This document shows positions 62,201 to 64,000 of a DNA stretch of 64,000 nt, piece after piece. The stretch comes from Pocillopora damicornis (lineage: Eukaryota), in the NCBI RefSeq assembly GCF_003704095.1, contig NW_020845859.1:1-64000 (forward strand), read 5' to 3'. Made by a program: the position numbers and the translations under genes. Positions within the stretch are counted from its first letter, which is position 1. Each line of letters starts with the position of its first letter. The notes beneath the pieces were generated by a model, which was not told where the DNA came from, made no database searches, and worked only from the letters and a program-made list of their open reading frames with translations.

Positions 62201-63742
62201 ATCATCCTGTTTGGCAAAGTCGAGTTTTTCTGTCTCGAGGTTTGATTTGGTATGGGAACTTTCGAAACAGTCAACAGGATAATAATTTTCAGGCGATGAA
62301 GCGTATCCTTCGCTGGCGTCGCTGCAATCAGATCTGTTACTCTGACGTTCAGCCATCACCTGCACCTCATTTCCGTCCTCGCTGTTCACTTGATCTGTTT
62401 CTGGCGAACTTGTTACACCATTGTCACTTTGTTTATCCTGGCTTTTAAAGGCAGGATTTGAGAAACTAAATTCGTTTGTTATCCTATGTTTTTCTTGCGT
62501 TTGAAGGTCACAATTCTCACCAGAATCTCTAGCAATTTTTTCACGATCAAAATCTAGCTTCTCGTCGGTACAAAAAGCCGGATTTGCAAAGCTAAATTCG
62601 TTACCATTCAAGCCTTTCCTCAAATCAGTCACGTTCCATTCAATGTCTCTTTTTACGCGCGATTCACTACCCTTCTCCTGGGTAGTTTGAAGATCTTTAT
62701 TATCTTCATATTCCTCTTGTTTGAGTTCCTTGGGTGTGGCCTCAGTCTGTACCCAATTCTCCTTAGGAGCTTGATCGAGATCTTTTTCTTTGTACATACA
62801 GAACACCCCAACTGTTTTATCAGGTAGAGGCAGTGTGGCGCTTAGAATTCTCCGTCTCTCCCCACCCGTGAGGCTGCCGAAAGGACCTGGAATGCGTTAA
62901 AAGACATCACGTATTACTTTTGAATTTTATTTGATGGACGTTTTATCTTTCGGAAAGAAAGGATTCTAGAGGATTCTCACCGATTTACTTTTCAATACAC
63001 TAGAGCATTGTGCGTCAAATATTCTTCTTTTTTTTTTGTTGCTAATCTGGAACTGAGATTTTTCTTTGATTATTCCCTATTCATCAACAGCTAACAACCC
63101 AAGAACAAGTTCTGTTCACAAAAACGAAAACCCGAAATCGCATTGGGATCGGATGAAAAATCAAAGAAGAACTGGAACATGCCTTGATTAGAAACATGTG
63201 AATTAATGATAAAAGATCAGCTCTCTGTCACGCAAACGCTGCTCTCTGTCACGCAACATTTGCGTGACAGAGAAATGGACCAACTTCCTTTTTCCGTTGA
63301 ATTACCTTTTTTGTTTTCCACAGGGGTGGGAGGTTCTTTGGTTCCCAGGTGAAAAATTAACGAGAAAAAACAACCTGTCCCTACCACAATCACCGATATT
63401 TCCTGAAATAAAAAGGATTTAGGGTGAGTTTGGATTCTACATCACCGGCAAATTTATTTTATTTTTTTTTTTAGTTTTAGAAATGCTCCGGTTTCTATTG
63501 TCTCTAAAATGATCTTTGAGAATAAAGCAAGCAATTCATATTATTTATTAATTTATTATTTATGTAGACAAGTACACATGTTTTTTTAACAAGGGAAAAA
63601 TGTGACTTAATTTCTTAACTAAGACCACACCATAAAGTCTTTCCACTGACTAAAAGAAATCTTCTCATCTCCGCCATCGGTTTTGAGGACGATCCAAGTG
63701 ATGGCATACACGAAGATGCCGCTGAGAAATGTAAAACCGGAT
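58687..63742 (-). CDS. MFSD12: MFSD12-like MFS transporter (5'-partial; first exon lies beyond the window)
   Basis: Exons 63742-63631, 63402-63306, 62886-61997, 61804-61712, 61261-61169, 61046-60775, 60312-60197, 58841-58687 join in frame. Motifs FHLGTKEP, WFKTPLFYK, MCARL, YVPLYLTETL, ESIAYFPLV, SGAFVFASMS. The symbol denotes the family; orthology is unproven. Confidence 0.88.
59014..59624. mobile_element. ~610-bp non-autonomous DNA transposon in the last intron of the MFS gene
   Basis: 14-bp TIRs ATTGCTGGTTTTCA / TGAAAACCAGCAAT. Confidence 0.75.
59895..60110 (+). mobile_element. Interspersed SINE-like repeat (related copy ~54400-54610)
   Basis: Shared motifs between the two loci: gttt.ta.a.cat.aag..act.aga, caag/ggtaccccc.agc, cccatt.a.ac.c..ggg.ggaga. 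Confidence 0.5.
60719..60752 (-). ncRNA. Minimal type-I hammerhead ribozyme-like motif (Penelope-type remnant)
   Basis: Minus strand reads CT-CTGACGA-A-GGAC-TAAC-GCTC-GAAA-TGTC-AG. More degenerate copies lie at 51513-51546 and 26071-26104. Confidence 0.55.
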
Positions 63743-64000
63743 CTGAAAGAAACCAAAAAGAAAAATTGACAAATTATGGTTTAATATTGAGCGCGGTTCA
63801 CTAAAAGGTTCCATGAGGGTCTCCAAGGGTAATGGCTTTTACGGCAAACGGTTAAAAAATTTGACCATTTTTTACGGTTCACGGCTGATCTCTCACAGTT
63901 TAAAAAAAATACGGTTAACTCTTTTAAGGACTTAGGATTATCATTTGTCCATTTTTATGCACGACAGGTAATTGTTATGTCTCTTTTTTCGGTTAACCCC

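Overview
AT-rich eukaryotic genomic DNA with spliceosomal introns and five N-gaps. The repeat content suggests a cnidarian, probably a coral, but that is inference. The window holds a cluster of eight TIMP/NTR-domain genes, each with two coding exons and a phase-1 intron after the Cys13 motif. Four are intact single-domain CxC TIMPs, one is a pseudogene with two lesions, and one is a two-domain CxC TIMP. The last two are tandem two-domain TIMP-like genes that have lost both N-terminal inhibitory disulfides (Cys1/Cys3 and their partners). Two further very degraded TIMP relics are possible. Interleaved are two MFSD12-like MFS transporter genes (one complete with 13 coding exons, one running off the right edge) and a class-A GPCR with an intronless CDS. 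Non-coding DNA holds piggyBac-type TTAA MITEs, an element with CAG termini and a 5-bp TSD, tRNA-derived repeats, a 48-bp G-rich minisatellite and Penelope-type minimal hammerhead ribozyme remnants. All exon models were built by hand from GT-AG signals and reading-frame continuity.
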